Below are positions 9,596-19,181 of a stretch of 64,000 nt of DNA, in pieces (position 1 is the first letter of the stretch; each line of letters begins with the position of its first letter). The notes beneath the pieces are model-generated. The model had not been told where the DNA came from, made no database searches, and saw only the letters and a list, made by a program, of their open reading frames with translations. The position numbers and the translations under genes were made by a program. Origin of the DNA: Elusimicrobiota bacterium (GTDB lineage: Bacteria > Elusimicrobiota > Elusimicrobia > F11); NCBI GenBank assembly GCA_044221725.1, contig JBGAON010000001.1:704001-768000 (forward strand). Reading direction: 5' to 3'.

Positions 9596-11058
9596 TTTTT
9601 ACGTCGCTGCAGTATGTTGTTTTCTTTCCGATCGTTGCCGTAATTTATTTCCTTCTGCCCTACCGATTCCGTTGGTTGCACTTGCTCATCGCCAGCTGCG
9701 TTTTCTACATGGCGTTTATTCCGGCCTACATTCTGATTCTGTTCGGAATTATTCTTGTTGATTATTACACGGCCATTGCCATGGAAAAATCAACGCGTTC
9801 CTCGGTCCGTCTTTTGTTCTTTCTTGCCAGTTGCACCGCCAATATTGGCGTGTTGTGCGTTTTTAAATATTTCAATTTCATTAACGCGAATCTCGCGGCG
9901 CTCTTTGGGCTCGTGGATTTGCCGTACCATGTTCCGATGTTGAAATGGGCTTTGCCGATTGGATTGTCGTTTCATGTTTTTCAGTCGCTCAGTTACACGG
10001 CCGATGTTTATTACGGCTATCAACCGGCTGAAAAACGTTTGGGGTATTACGCACTCTACGTGATGTTCTTTCCGCAACTTGTCGCCGGTCCGATTGAGCG
10101 GCCCGCCCATTTGTTGCCACAACTGCACGCGGAACACAATTTTGATTTTGAGCGGCTCAAAAAGGGCGGCTTTCTGATTCTTGTCGGACTTCTAAAGAAA
10201 ATTGTCGTGGCGGACCGCCTTGGCGTGCTCGTGGACACGGTTTATCAAACACCCTCTGGCGCGAACGGCATCGCGCTGCTGATGGCGACCTTCTTTTTTG
10301 CATTCCAAATTTACGCGGATTTTTCTGCGTATACGAATATCGCTCGTGGATCGGCGCTCATTCTCGGCATTGATCTCATGGAGAATTTTGACTACCCGTT
10401 CTTTTCCGCGTCGATTCGAGAGTTCTGGCGCCGTTGGCACATTTCGCTCTCCAATTGGCTAGGCGATTACGTGTTTGTTCCATTGTGCGTGTCGATAAAA
10501 AAGCCGAAGCCTTGGAAACAATACGTCGCTTTGCTCGCTACATTTTTCATCAGCGGATTGTGGCATGGTGCGAACTGGACATTCGTTTTGTTTGGTCTCA
10601 CACACGGTATCGCTTATGTGATTGAAACGATTTGGGAGCGCTGGCGTCAGTCATGGGAGAACATTCCGTTCTTGAACCGTTTGCCGGAGGCGCCGCACGC
10701 GCTGCAAGTCTTCACCACATTTTCGATTTGCATGATTGGTTGGGTGTTTTTCCGTTCTCCTTCATTGGCCGTCGCCTCGCAGGTGTTTCACCGCATTGGT
10801 TCGTCGCTCGTCCATTTTTCTTTTGCGGATGTGGAATCGGCGATCGCGGCTTTCCCGTCGCGGATTGATCTCGTCTGCGGAATCTTTTTTATTCTCTCGC
10901 TGCTCGTTCTTGAAATGAGAGATCAGCGGGTGCCCGTCAGCGACTGGATTTTCAAACAGCCGGAATTTACCCAATGGGCGGTCGGTTACAGCCTGCTTTC
11001 GTTGTTAATTATTTTCGGTCGCTTTCAAGCGGCTCAGTTCATTTACTTTCAATTCTAA
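9592..11058 (+). CDS. MBOAT family O-acyltransferase (AlgI/DltB-like)
   Basis: LPIGLSF, FFPQLVAGPIER, FWRRWHISLS, GLWHGANWTF (catalytic His), C-terminal FIYFQF. Confidence 0.95.
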   Translation: MIFTSLQYVVFFPIVAVIYFLLPYRFRWLHLLIASCVFYMAFIPAYILILFGIILVDYYTAIAMEKSTRSSVRLLFFLASCTANIGVLCVFKYFNFINANLAALFGLVDLPYHVPMLKWALPIGLSFHVFQSLSYTADVYYGYQPAEKRLGYYALYVMFFPQLVAGPIERPAHLLPQLHAEHNFDFERLKKGGFLILVGLLKKIVVADRLGVLVDTVYQTPSGANGIALLMATFFFAFQIYADFSAYTNIARGSALILGIDLMENFDYPFFSASIREFWRRWHISLSNWLGDYVFVPLCVSIKKPKPWKQYVALLATFFISGLWHGANWTFVLFGLTHGIAYVIETIWERWRQSWENIPFLNRLPEAPHALQVFTTFSICMIGWVFFRSPSLAVASQVFHRIGSSLVHFSFADVESAIAAFPSRIDLVCGIFFILSLLVLEMRDQRVPVSDWIFKQPEFTQWAVGYSLLSLLIIFGRFQAAQFIYFQF

Positions 11059-11477
11059 TGGTGATGAAACAGATCAAAATTGAAGTCGGTGCGGTGGCGG
11101 AACTACCATTCGTGGTTTCCGAACAGGACCTCGATGCCTTCGCCCATCTCAGCGGCGATGCCAATCCGCTCCATTGCAACGACGCGTACGCCCGGTCGCA
11201 CGGTTTCCGGTCGCGCGTGGTGCACGGCGCACGAATCGTCGCGCACATTTCGAAAATGCTCGGCATGACGCTTCCGGGAAACGGATGGATCTGGCACAGC
11301 CTCAATATTCGGTTCCGCGCCCCGCTTTACATCGGTGACGAAGCGATACTTACTGGAAAAATTATTTACGAGCAGGAAGCGTTGGAAATCGTGCGCATGG
11401 AAGTGACTCTCCGCAAAGGGGATGAGGTTCTCGCCGACGGCGATGTGCAAGCCGGCCGGCTGAGCAACAAATCATGA
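11058..11477 (+). CDS. MaoC-like hotdog dehydratase
   Basis: FAHLSGDANPLH...VVHG hydratase motif; ATG overlaps the MBOAT stop (TAATG). Confidence 0.9.
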   Translation: MVMKQIKIEVGAVAELPFVVSEQDLDAFAHLSGDANPLHCNDAYARSHGFRSRVVHGARIVAHISKMLGMTLPGNGWIWHSLNIRFRAPLYIGDEAILTGKIIYEQEALEIVRMEVTLRKGDEVLADGDVQAGRLSNKS

Positions 11478-12205
11478 AGACAGTTCTTGTAACCGGGGGC
11501 AGCAGCGGTATTGGCGCGGCTCTTGCACGACGGGCCGGAAAATCGGACTGGAACGTGATTGTTGGTTATGGAAACGGAAAAGAGCGCGCCGATCAGCTTG
11601 TGTCAGAAATAAGGACGAACGGCGGCAACGCGTCGGCGCTGCCATTGGCGTTGCATGACGCCGCGCAGATGAAAGACGCGGTGACGAAAATTTCCACGCT
11701 GGTGCCACGTCTGGACGCGGTTGTCTTGTGCGCATCGCCGGCTCCGGTTCTGCAATCGTTTTTGAAAATGACGGCCGCAAACTTTAATGATCAGTTGCAC
11801 GTCAATGTTGTTTCGAACCACGCGCTTATCGTTGAGATTTGGAAAAGTTTTTTTCAAAAACAGGATGGCGGCCACGTGGTCGCCGTGCTGTCGGCGGCGA
11901 TGGAATCGCCGCCGTGGAAACACATGAGCGCGTACGTCGTTGCGAAAGCAGCGCTGCAGCAATTGTTGGAATCCGCATTAGCCGAACTTGGAGCGGATGG
12001 TTTGCGGGCGAGCGCATTTTTTCCCGACTACACCGACACGCCGATGCTGCAAGCGTGCCATCCGCTGGTTATCGAGGCGGCACGTGCATCTCGGCCGAAC
12101 GGTCGATTCTGGGATCCCGACCAAGTGGCGCAAAAAATAATGTCGGCGCTCGAAAATCCTCCAGCCGACGCGCGCCTCAGGCGTGAGTGGATGAAACTAA
12201 CATGA
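11474..12205 (+). CDS. SDR family NAD(P)-dependent oxidoreductase
   Basis: TGGSSGIG nucleotide-binding motif and YVVAK (YxxxK). Confidence 0.9.
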   Translation: MKTVLVTGGSSGIGAALARRAGKSDWNVIVGYGNGKERADQLVSEIRTNGGNASALPLALHDAAQMKDAVTKISTLVPRLDAVVLCASPAPVLQSFLKMTAANFNDQLHVNVVSNHALIVEIWKSFFQKQDGGHVVAVLSAAMESPPWKHMSAYVVAKAALQQLLESALAELGADGLRASAFFPDYTDTPMLQACHPLVIEAARASRPNGRFWDPDQVAQKIMSALENPPADARLRREWMKLT

Positions 12206-14016
12206 GCACCACCGCAACGTTTGCCGATTTTATTTCTCTCGCCAACCAGGATTTGGATTTTGTGGCGACGATGAAGCTTGATAACCGCTTCCAATCGTTC
12301 CTCACAGAAAAGTCGACGCACGGTTTCCCGGTTTTGCGGCTTGCCATTTTAGCGGCGGCTACCATGGATCATTTGCTGCCGGCCATTCGTGTGGGCGCGC
12401 TGCGGCGTGGAGTGGTGGTTGAATGTTATCTGGCTCCCTTTGACCAGATTCAGCAGGAATTGCTCGTCGAGACATCCGGTTGTTACGCGTTCAAGCCCGA
12501 TGTTGTGTTGGTGTCATGTGATTCGCTGAGCAAAATGCCGGAGCTGCCATTGGCCGCGTCGGAGGAGGTAATTCAAAAAACCGTGGTGGCTCTTTCGTCC
12601 GAATGGGCTCGTGCCTGGGATGTGATTCAAAACAAACTGAATGCCGTCGTTGTTCAATCGACGTTTCTCACGCCGCCTTTGCGGATGTTTGGAGAATTCG
12701 ATGCGCGTGTGCCCGCGTCGCCGTTTGCGCTCGTGCAACGTTTGAATGCGACCTTACGAGCGGAAGCGGCGAAGAAAAATGTTTTGTTGCTCGATATTGA
12801 TTCGATGGCGATGGAGCAGGGAATTGCCCAGTGGTTTGATGTTTCACTCTGGCATCATGCGAAGCAAATGATCTCGCCGGTCGCCGCGCCGCTTTTTGGC
12901 AAACGTGTTGGACAAATACTCGGTGCGGTGCGCGGCACATCGAAAAAATGTTTGGTGTTGGATTTGGATAACGTTTTGTGGGGCGGCGTGGTTGGCGATG
13001 ATGGTGTTCAAGGGCTCGTGTTCGGCCAGGGCGACGCGGTGGGCGAAGCCTTTCTCGCGTTTCAGCGTTACGTAAAACGGCTTAAAGAAGCCGGCGTGTT
13101 GTTGGCCGTGTGCAGCAAGAACGATGAATCTGTCGCCCGCGAAGTATTTGAGAAGCGTTCGGACATGCCATTAAAATTGAACGACTTCTCTATCTTTGTG
13201 GCCAATTGGAACGACAAAGCGACAAACATGGAATTCATTTCCAAGCAGTTGAACATTGGTTTGGATTCTCTGGTTTTTTTCGACGACAACCCCGCCGAAC
13301 GTGAGCTTATTCGACAGAAATTTCCGGTGATGGCAGTGCCAGAGGTGCCAGTTGATCCGTCGGGCTATGTCGATTGTCTGTCGCAAGCCGGATTTTTTGA
13401 AGCGGCCCAATTTTCTTCGGAAGATGCGAACCGATCGACGTTTTATGCGTCGAACGCACAGAGAACGGAAGCGGCCAATCAAGCGCACGACATAACGGAT
13501 TTTTTAAAAAGCTTGGAAATGGAACTCGAAATATCGCGGTTCGATGATGTTGGTGTCGCGCGCATTTCGCAGTTGATCAACAAAAGCAACCAGTACAATC
13601 TGACCACGCGCCGTTACACCGACGCCCAAGTGCGCCGGATGGTAAACGAACCGAATCTTTTAACGTACCAGGCGCGACTCAAAGACAAATTCGGTGACAA
13701 TGGAATGATCAGCGTCATCATAGCGAAGCCGTTCGACGATAAATCCCTCGTTATCGATACGTGGCTCATGAGTTGTCGCGTGCTTGGGCGGCAGGTGGAA
13801 CACAATTTGCTCAATTCGTTGGTGGCCGACGCGAAACGCGCCGGGTACAAAAAAATCATCGGCGAATATATCCCCACCGACAAAAACCACATGGTTCAGG
13901 CTTTGTACCCATCGTTTGGATTTAAAGCGATGAGCCCGAACGGTCACGCATCGCTCCTGTGGGAGTTGGATCTCGGATCGTACACGCCGTTTAAGACGTT
14001 CATCAAATCCATCTAG
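12202..14016 (+). CDS. FkbH-like glyceryl transferase/phosphatase (HAD-IIIC)
   Basis: KCLVLDLDNVLWGG, CSKND, FFDDNPAER, KSNQYNLT, LMSCRVLGR; ATG overlaps the SDR stop. Confidence 0.93.
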   Translation: MSTTATFADFISLANQDLDFVATMKLDNRFQSFLTEKSTHGFPVLRLAILAAATMDHLLPAIRVGALRRGVVVECYLAPFDQIQQELLVETSGCYAFKPDVVLVSCDSLSKMPELPLAASEEVIQKTVVALSSEWARAWDVIQNKLNAVVVQSTFLTPPLRMFGEFDARVPASPFALVQRLNATLRAEAAKKNVLLLDIDSMAMEQGIAQWFDVSLWHHAKQMISPVAAPLFGKRVGQILGAVRGTSKKCLVLDLDNVLWGGVVGDDGVQGLVFGQGDAVGEAFLAFQRYVKRLKEAGVLLAVCSKNDESVAREVFEKRSDMPLKLNDFSIFVANWNDKATNMEFISKQLNIGLDSLVFFDDNPAERELIRQKFPVMAVPEVPVDPSGYVDCLSQAGFFEAAQFSSEDANRSTFYASNAQRTEAANQAHDITDFLKSLEMELEISRFDDVGVARISQLINKSNQYNLTTRRYTDAQVRRMVNEPNLLTYQARLKDKFGDNGMISVIIAKPFDDKSLVIDTWLMSCRVLGRQVEHNLLNSLVADAKRAGYKKIIGEYIPTDKNHMVQALYPSFGFKAMSPNGHASLLWELDLGSYTPFKTFIKSI

Positions 14017-14026
14017 AGAGGATGCC

Positions 14027-14287
14027 ATGGAAAATATTTCGCGCGAAGAAGTGAAAAACAGTTTGACGGAAATTTTTCGGAACGTATTTGATAACGACGC
14101 GATCACGCTGCACGATGAAATGACCGCGAAAGACGTCAAACGCTGGGATTCGCTGAATCACATCAATCTCATCGTCGCCACCGAGCAGAAATTCAAAGTG
14201 AAATTCATCACCGCGGAAGTCATTCGATTAAAAAATGTCGGCGGGTTCATCGATATGATCCTGCAGAAGCTGGCCGCGAAAAAATGA
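14027..14287 (+). CDS. Acyl carrier protein
   Basis: 86 aa with WDSLNHI phosphopantetheine-serine motif; GAGGA RBS. Confidence 0.92.
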   Translation: MENISREEVKNSLTEIFRNVFDNDAITLHDEMTAKDVKRWDSLNHINLIVATEQKFKVKFITAEVIRLKNVGGFIDMILQKLAAKK

Positions 14288-15432
14288 TGGCTCTATTGCC
14301 AATGGTCCGTGACATAATCAAACTCGGATTGTTGTGCGTTTTGCTGGTGCTTCCTCTTGAGCTGCGTTTGCGCGTGTTCCAGTCGTCGCCATACATCGTG
14401 AAAGGACAGAAGGTCATTCTTCCCGCGAACAAGACGTACGTCTACGTAACGCACAATTCGAAAAAGCTCGACCCGGTTATTTATGTAAAGAAAAACGCGC
14501 TCGGATTCCGTGGGCCGGAGCGCCCACAAAACTTTCACGACTATTGTTCGATTATTTTTATGGGCGGGAGTTCGTTGGCGGCCGATAACTTGACTGAAGG
14601 GAAAACGTGGATCGATGATCTCAGCCGCATGTTTTCGAGCGATTTCACAAACGTTTGGATTAACAATGCCGGTTTCATGGGGCATTCGACCGTCGCTCAC
14701 CTCACATTGCTCGCGGATTACGTCGTGAATATTAAACCCGATATCGTGGTCTTCTTCGTCGGTGAGAACGAAATAAGTTTGATTCGCCAAATTGATGCCG
14801 ATGAAAACATTGTGCGCGGCACCTGGCACACGTCGGGCGTTCGGTCGTTTCTGTTGTCGATCATGCGGAATATTGACTCCGTCAATCTCGCGGTGAACCT
14901 GTACCAAACGTACGCGCGCCACGCGCGGCCGGGCGCCTATCGGGAATTGGATTTTCGCGCGGACAAAAAAATTGCGATTTCGGCGGAAGAGCGGCAAAAG
15001 CGCGTCCGCGATTACGAGCAAACAATTCTTCCAGTCGCGATGGCGCGCGTTCAAAAGCTGGTCGACATTTGTCGAGCGAACGGAATTCAGCCGGTGTTTC
15101 TTACGTTCACGGCGCTTTACAACACCGACATCGATCCCGAAACGGGCGAGCGAATTTCCGACTTTGAAGTCGACACAAACCGCAACGCGGAATTGTCACG
15201 CGAGCTCATGGGTGTGATCAATGCGCGCATTCGCGGGTTACGCGATCAAGGCGTGGTCGTTATCGATGTCGACAAGAAAATGCCGAAGAGCTCGCGCTAC
15301 TTTTCGGATTATTTCCATTTCACAAACGACGGCGCCACCGAGATGGCAAAGGCAATTTATCCGGAACTGAAGGCGGTCGTTGAAAAATATTCAGTGGTAA
15401 GAAAGCGGGCAGGAAATAATAAGGAAAGTTAG
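14284..15432 (+). CDS. Membrane-anchored SGNH/GDSL-family protein (AlgJ/DltD-like acyl transfer partner)
   Basis: N-terminal TM helix, NALGFRG, MGGSS, NAGFMG, GENE and DYFH (DxxH). Confidence 0.8.
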   Translation: MMALLPMVRDIIKLGLLCVLLVLPLELRLRVFQSSPYIVKGQKVILPANKTYVYVTHNSKKLDPVIYVKKNALGFRGPERPQNFHDYCSIIFMGGSSLAADNLTEGKTWIDDLSRMFSSDFTNVWINNAGFMGHSTVAHLTLLADYVVNIKPDIVVFFVGENEISLIRQIDADENIVRGTWHTSGVRSFLLSIMRNIDSVNLAVNLYQTYARHARPGAYRELDFRADKKIAISAEERQKRVRDYEQTILPVAMARVQKLVDICRANGIQPVFLTFTALYNTDIDPETGERISDFEVDTNRNAELSRELMGVINARIRGLRDQGVVVIDVDKKMPKSSRYFSDYFHFTNDGATEMAKAIYPELKAVVEKYSVVRKRAGNNKES

Positions 15433-15447
15433 CCGAGGATCGGGATC
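15426..15447. repeat. 22-bp direct repeat containing the tRNA-Thr 3' end (second copy 15812..15833)
   Basis: AAGTTAGCCGAGGATCGGGATC is identical at both positions. Confidence 0.9.
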
Positions 15448-15528
15448 CAGCCTTCGCTCTGCGAGCTACGGCCGGCAAGCGAACCTAAATGCGAAGGCTG
15501 TCCACCGTAGCCGTCAGGCGTAGGTGGA
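15448..15528. repeat. REP-like palindromic cluster upstream of the GIY-YIG gene
   Basis: Perfect 10-bp inverted repeat CAGCCTTCGC (15448)/GCGAAGGCTG (15491), followed by TCCACC...GGTGGA (15501..15528). Confidence 0.7.
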
Positions 15529-15576
15529 GACTCTTGTATAATCCATTTCCCTTCAATAAATCCCCGGGATGCGTTC

Positions 15577-15813
15577 ATGTATGTTTATTTGCTTAGAAGT
15601 TTGTCCTCTCCAGATCAAAGTTACGTTGGTTTAACCAGAAACCTGAGGCGTCGATTTGCAGAGCATCAGTCTGGGAAGACTTTCCACACAGATAAATTTC
15701 GACCTTGGAAGATCAGTTTCGCGATATGGTTTGATGATCCTGTCAAAGCAAGCAGGTTTGAGAGATATTTAAAAACAGGATCCGGTTGTGCTTTCCGAAA
15801 GAGGCATTTATAA
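15577..15813 (+). CDS. Small stand-alone GIY-YIG nuclease
   Basis: YVYLLRS...YVGLT.NL.RR..EH..G and FERYLK.GSG pattern in 78 aa. Confidence 0.92.
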   Translation: MYVYLLRSLSSPDQSYVGLTRNLRRRFAEHQSGKTFHTDKFRPWKISFAIWFDDPVKASRFERYLKTGSGCAFRKRHL

Positions 15814-15816
15814 GTT

Positions 15817-15858
15817 AGCCGAGGATCGGGATCGAACCGACGACCTGCCGCTTACGAA
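15817..15858 (-). pseudogene. 3' half of the original tRNA-Thr(CGT); left island junction
   Basis: 42 bp identical to 24535..24576, ending exactly after the anticodon loop. Confidence 0.9.
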
Positions 15859-16077
15859 TATCGAGGGATATTTTAACTCATCGGATTGAAAATATTGATA
15901 ATTCAATATGTTTCAATGTTTCCCTGATTTTCTTGATTCCCTCAGACTTCAAAATTCTCCCGAAAGAACCCGCAAAATGTCGTGATTCATCCCAAACCGG
16001 CAAGAATTAATACTACATAACGACTTCAAAAGGAATTTCGCAGACTTCGAAATATTTCGAGGACTCCCACTTTGGAC

Positions 16078-17118
16078 TTATATCAGAGTGTCTATGCGGT
16101 TCAAGGTGCCTTGCAGGTCCTGTTGGGAGAGATGTCCATACGTCCCTTCCGTCACTTCTACCGATGAATGTCCAACCAGCTTAGAAACCTTGTAGATCGG
16201 CTCTCCTGCAGCTAGAAGCCTTTGAATAAACGTATGCCGTAACGAATGGAATGTCACATTAGGGTATCCCAAGTTACGGGTAATGTCAGAGAACCAATCT
16301 GAAACTGTCCAATGCGTTGTATCACCTAGAACAAAATCGTCCGCCTTCTTTCCTTCCATTTGTTCTCGGATAAACGATTTCAAGTTGGGAGACATTGGAA
16401 CGTGTCTGGATCGTCCGTTCTTCGTTTCAGGAAGGAAGATCGTGTTTGAATGGAGGGAAACATCCCTTGCCTTGATATGAGCCACTTCCCCAAGTCTCAT
16501 TCCTGTATGCAAAGCAACATAATAGAACGGCCATAGCTTGTCATGCTTGATGACTTCACCCCGAATAATCTTCTCTTCGTCAGGCCCAATAAACCGTGGC
16601 TTATTGCGAGGTAGCCTCGGCATAGACACCTTTGCAGCAGGATTCCGCCCATTGTATTTGTCGTGCTTGATTAAGGCGTTTATCATCGCTTTTAGGATGG
16701 AATGGTAATGGTTAATCGTCTGTGCTGAATAATTCTTCTTTGTCCGTTTGCTGATCTGATTGGATAGGTGAGTTCGTAAGTCTCTAACGTCATCTGCCGT
16801 GATCTCCCGGATTAGTTTTCCTCGTCCGAAGAAGTTCATGATTCCCGTTAGCATCAGCCTATCGTCATTGTGATCTCGTTTGTGGGGAGTAATTTGCTTC
16901 CAATACCATTCGCAACCCTCCTCAAACGTGATGTTATGGTTGGCACCGTTATTAATGAGATCTGGATAAGTCTCGGCCTTGATGGCTTCATCCTTCTTAG
17001 CTGCTTCCGCATCCAAAGCCTGCTGTCTCGTCCGAAAGCCGGATTTGTAATGGTTTGTTCCCTTTCTCATGAATTCGTAATGCCACAGTCCTGATTGTTT
17101 GTCTTGTTTAACGCTCAT
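16078..17118 (-). CDS. Tyrosine recombinase/integrase
   Basis: TGMRLGE, TKNGRSR, HSLRHT, LVGHSS and catalytic Y (GTYGH); N-terminal arm-binding-like W-YEF...SGFRT; GGAGG RBS. Confidence 0.95.
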   Translation of the reverse strand: MSVKQDKQSGLWHYEFMRKGTNHYKSGFRTRQQALDAEAAKKDEAIKAETYPDLINNGANHNITFEEGCEWYWKQITPHKRDHNDDRLMLTGIMNFFGRGKLIREITADDVRDLRTHLSNQISKRTKKNYSAQTINHYHSILKAMINALIKHDKYNGRNPAAKVSMPRLPRNKPRFIGPDEEKIIRGEVIKHDKLWPFYYVALHTGMRLGEVAHIKARDVSLHSNTIFLPETKNGRSRHVPMSPNLKSFIREQMEGKKADDFVLGDTTHWTVSDWFSDITRNLGYPNVTFHSLRHTFIQRLLAAGEPIYKVSKLVGHSSVEVTEGTYGHLSQQDLQGTLNRIDTLI

Positions 17119-17247
17119 ATTAATTTCCTCCTATAGAGAGTCGTCACAATAGTTATTCACAATCTTGGGACGTTCATTACTCTTTATATGGGAAATCATG
17201 ATTTCTATTTACAATGACAAGGATTTCAATCGTTATCGTCTGGATAA

Positions 17248-17285
17248 AAAAATACCCTTCAACTACAAAAATGAAGGGTATTTTT
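17248..17285. terminator. Intrinsic terminator, potentially bidirectional
   Basis: AAAAATACCCTTCA/TGAAGGGTATTTTT inverted repeat just downstream of the - strand gene ending at 17301. Confidence 0.75.
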
Positions 17286-17300
17286 CCCAGGCTAGAGGTA

Positions 17301-17663
17301 TTACTCTGGACTTTTAGGTTGTAGTGAAGAGATGTCGAGTACTTTTGTGAATTGTGGTTTACGACGATCCACTACAACTACGACTTTAACGTAGTTCCCA
17401 ATTACAAGCTTTGGATCAAGTTCCTCTTGGATTTGACTTGGGTCAACATTCATGGCTGTTAACCAGTCATAGAGTTTTGATGAGTTTTGAAGGCTGGCTG
17501 GTACGAAGCCACTAACTCTATGTTCTGCGAATTCCCCGGTTACAATTTTGAATACAAACCTAAGCGATAATCCGTATTCTGATGAGTGTTGGATAAGGTC
17601 TACAACTTTGGCTGTATACATCCCCGGCTGAACGACTTCTGGTGTTGTGCTATTTCTTTCCAT
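17301..17663 (-). CDS. Phage-type protein, possible DUF669-like ssDNA-binding (OB-fold) protein
   Basis: PGMYTAKVVD...LRFVFKI..GEF...LIG..VKVVV pattern; AAAGGA RBS before ATG 17663. Confidence 0.5.
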   Translation of the reverse strand: MERNSTTPEVVQPGMYTAKVVDLIQHSSEYGLSLRFVFKIVTGEFAEHRVSGFVPASLQNSSKLYDWLTAMNVDPSQIQEELDPKLVIGNYVKVVVVVDRRKPQFTKVLDISSLQPKSPE

Positions 17664-17899
17664 TTTTTTATTCCTTTCAATGAGCAATTTTGCGACATGG
17701 CATACTGCGCCATCTAGAATTATTCAGGAACGGCTGAAATCCATTCGATAAAAATGAGAATTCAAATTTGTTCTAGAAATCAATGCGTTTTCAATGGGAT
17801 GTAATAATTCAGCATATAGGTAGGAGACTACTAAGGTCTTCTGATCCCCAGAATAGTCATCAAAATTCTAGGGGCAATTTTCAATCGCGGAGGACTTAA

Positions 17900-18703
17900 A
17901 TGTTTTACCTTGAGAATAAGTATTTAGATAATAATCTGTCTTTAAAGCTAAGAATCATTAAACAGCCCAGAATTAAATCCTATATCAAAGGTAAAACATT
18001 TTCGGCTCCTGCTCCTGACGGAAAGTGTTCAGATTGTCCCAAGACCGAATCTTGTAGTTGGCACCGAAAGAAAGCCTATGACAGAAACTCTCCTTTATTG
18101 TGCAACTCTTGCTATCAAAGAATCTTTCGTCAGTCTGGGCACATTAAGCCAACTAGGAACTCTCAGGCCTATAACAGGGCCTATTACAGAAACCATAAAT
18201 GGCGCTATTTCGACTATTCAACTCCAGATGGATACTTAAGACACCTATATAACTCTTACCTGAAGCGGACTTTCTCGAAGGATCTTAAAATCCCTGAAGA
18301 CAGATTCGTTCAGACAATGAAAAAAGACCGGACATTCATAGACATGTATTTGGAGTGGTCAGACTCTCAATTTAATCCTCTGATGCAACCTCAAATTCGA
18401 CGTATTAGTTTTAAGGGGTCTTTGGCTATCGGGGATCTAACTTGGAGGCGGAAAAAAGATGTCGATGAGGAAAGGGTTAGAAAAAAGGAGCTTTTTGCTC
18501 AATATGTTCAATATCTAATCAAGCTAAGAAAAGACCATTCAGAGACAGAAATCTTCGACAGCATCAAAACTAATGGCAGTAAATTCTCAGGCAGGAAGTT
18601 TAATCGTACCCTGGTTGTAAAAGAATTTCAGGCACAAATAAAAAAGCAACTTGAGCTAGGACAATTGTTGGATTACCAAGGCTATCTGTACCCATCAAAT
18701 TAA
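17900..18703 (+). CDS. Basic Cys-rich hypothetical protein, possible degenerate HNH-type DNA-binding protein
   Basis: GGAGG RBS; CSDC, CSWH and CNSC; MYLEWSDSQF..LMQPQIRRI resembles the phage HNH segment PSIDRID. Confidence 0.55.
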   Translation: MFYLENKYLDNNLSLKLRIIKQPRIKSYIKGKTFSAPAPDGKCSDCPKTESCSWHRKKAYDRNSPLLCNSCYQRIFRQSGHIKPTRNSQAYNRAYYRNHKWRYFDYSTPDGYLRHLYNSYLKRTFSKDLKIPEDRFVQTMKKDRTFIDMYLEWSDSQFNPLMQPQIRRISFKGSLAIGDLTWRRKKDVDEERVRKKELFAQYVQYLIKLRKDHSETEIFDSIKTNGSKFSGRKFNRTLVVKEFQAQIKKQLELGQLLDYQGYLYPSN

Positions 18704-18881
18704 TCTGTTTACTACGGAATAAGTTTTGGAATCCTATGTGGAAAGCTCTAGGTTGTCTTTCCCGTTCATCGTAATAAGTACAGGAATAGGCCAACAAGGT
18801 TATTCAATTATCTGATTCTTCCTACTGTTTACCGCTGATTCCGACTGTTAACGTCTTCGGAGAATCAACGTAACACTCTCT

Positions 18882-19070
18882 ATGAAGAATGCTTTTGTTC
18901 GGCAGGTCTATTATCTGATGTTCGAGCAAACGCTTTATGGCCCATACGATTCAATTCAAGATATCGACAAGCGTTACCAGGAATTGGACACGGATGGACG
19001 AGAAAAGAAAAACGTCGTGATTGTTACCCACCTAAACATCCCATTCCTCAAAGACTCATCCCTTAATTAA
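18882..19070 (+). CDS. Small hypothetical protein
   Basis: 62-aa ORF with plausible composition in otherwise unoccupied island DNA; no clear RBS. Confidence 0.4.
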   Translation: MKNAFVRQVYYLMFEQTLYGPYDSIQDIDKRYQELDTDGREKKNVVIVTHLNIPFLKDSSLN

Positions 19071-19181
19071 TTGCCTTTATGATCAGATCCCTACTCGGTC
19101 AGCAATTATCTATGGGTTGGGTTCGAAACATCGTTTAAATCCGAAATATGAAGCGATAGAAACCAATCTAAGGATGGATTC

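Noticed and set aside
9592..15432. FkbH/ACP cluster as a polyketide or tetronate biosynthetic cluster
   Set aside because: No ketosynthase, FabH-like or NRPS gene; MBOAT+SGNH point to trans-membrane acylation instead.
17821..17875. AGACTAC and AATAGTC resembling group I intron R/S elements
   Set aside because: Too little sequence between them, no other core helices and no interrupted gene; better explained as a local hairpin.
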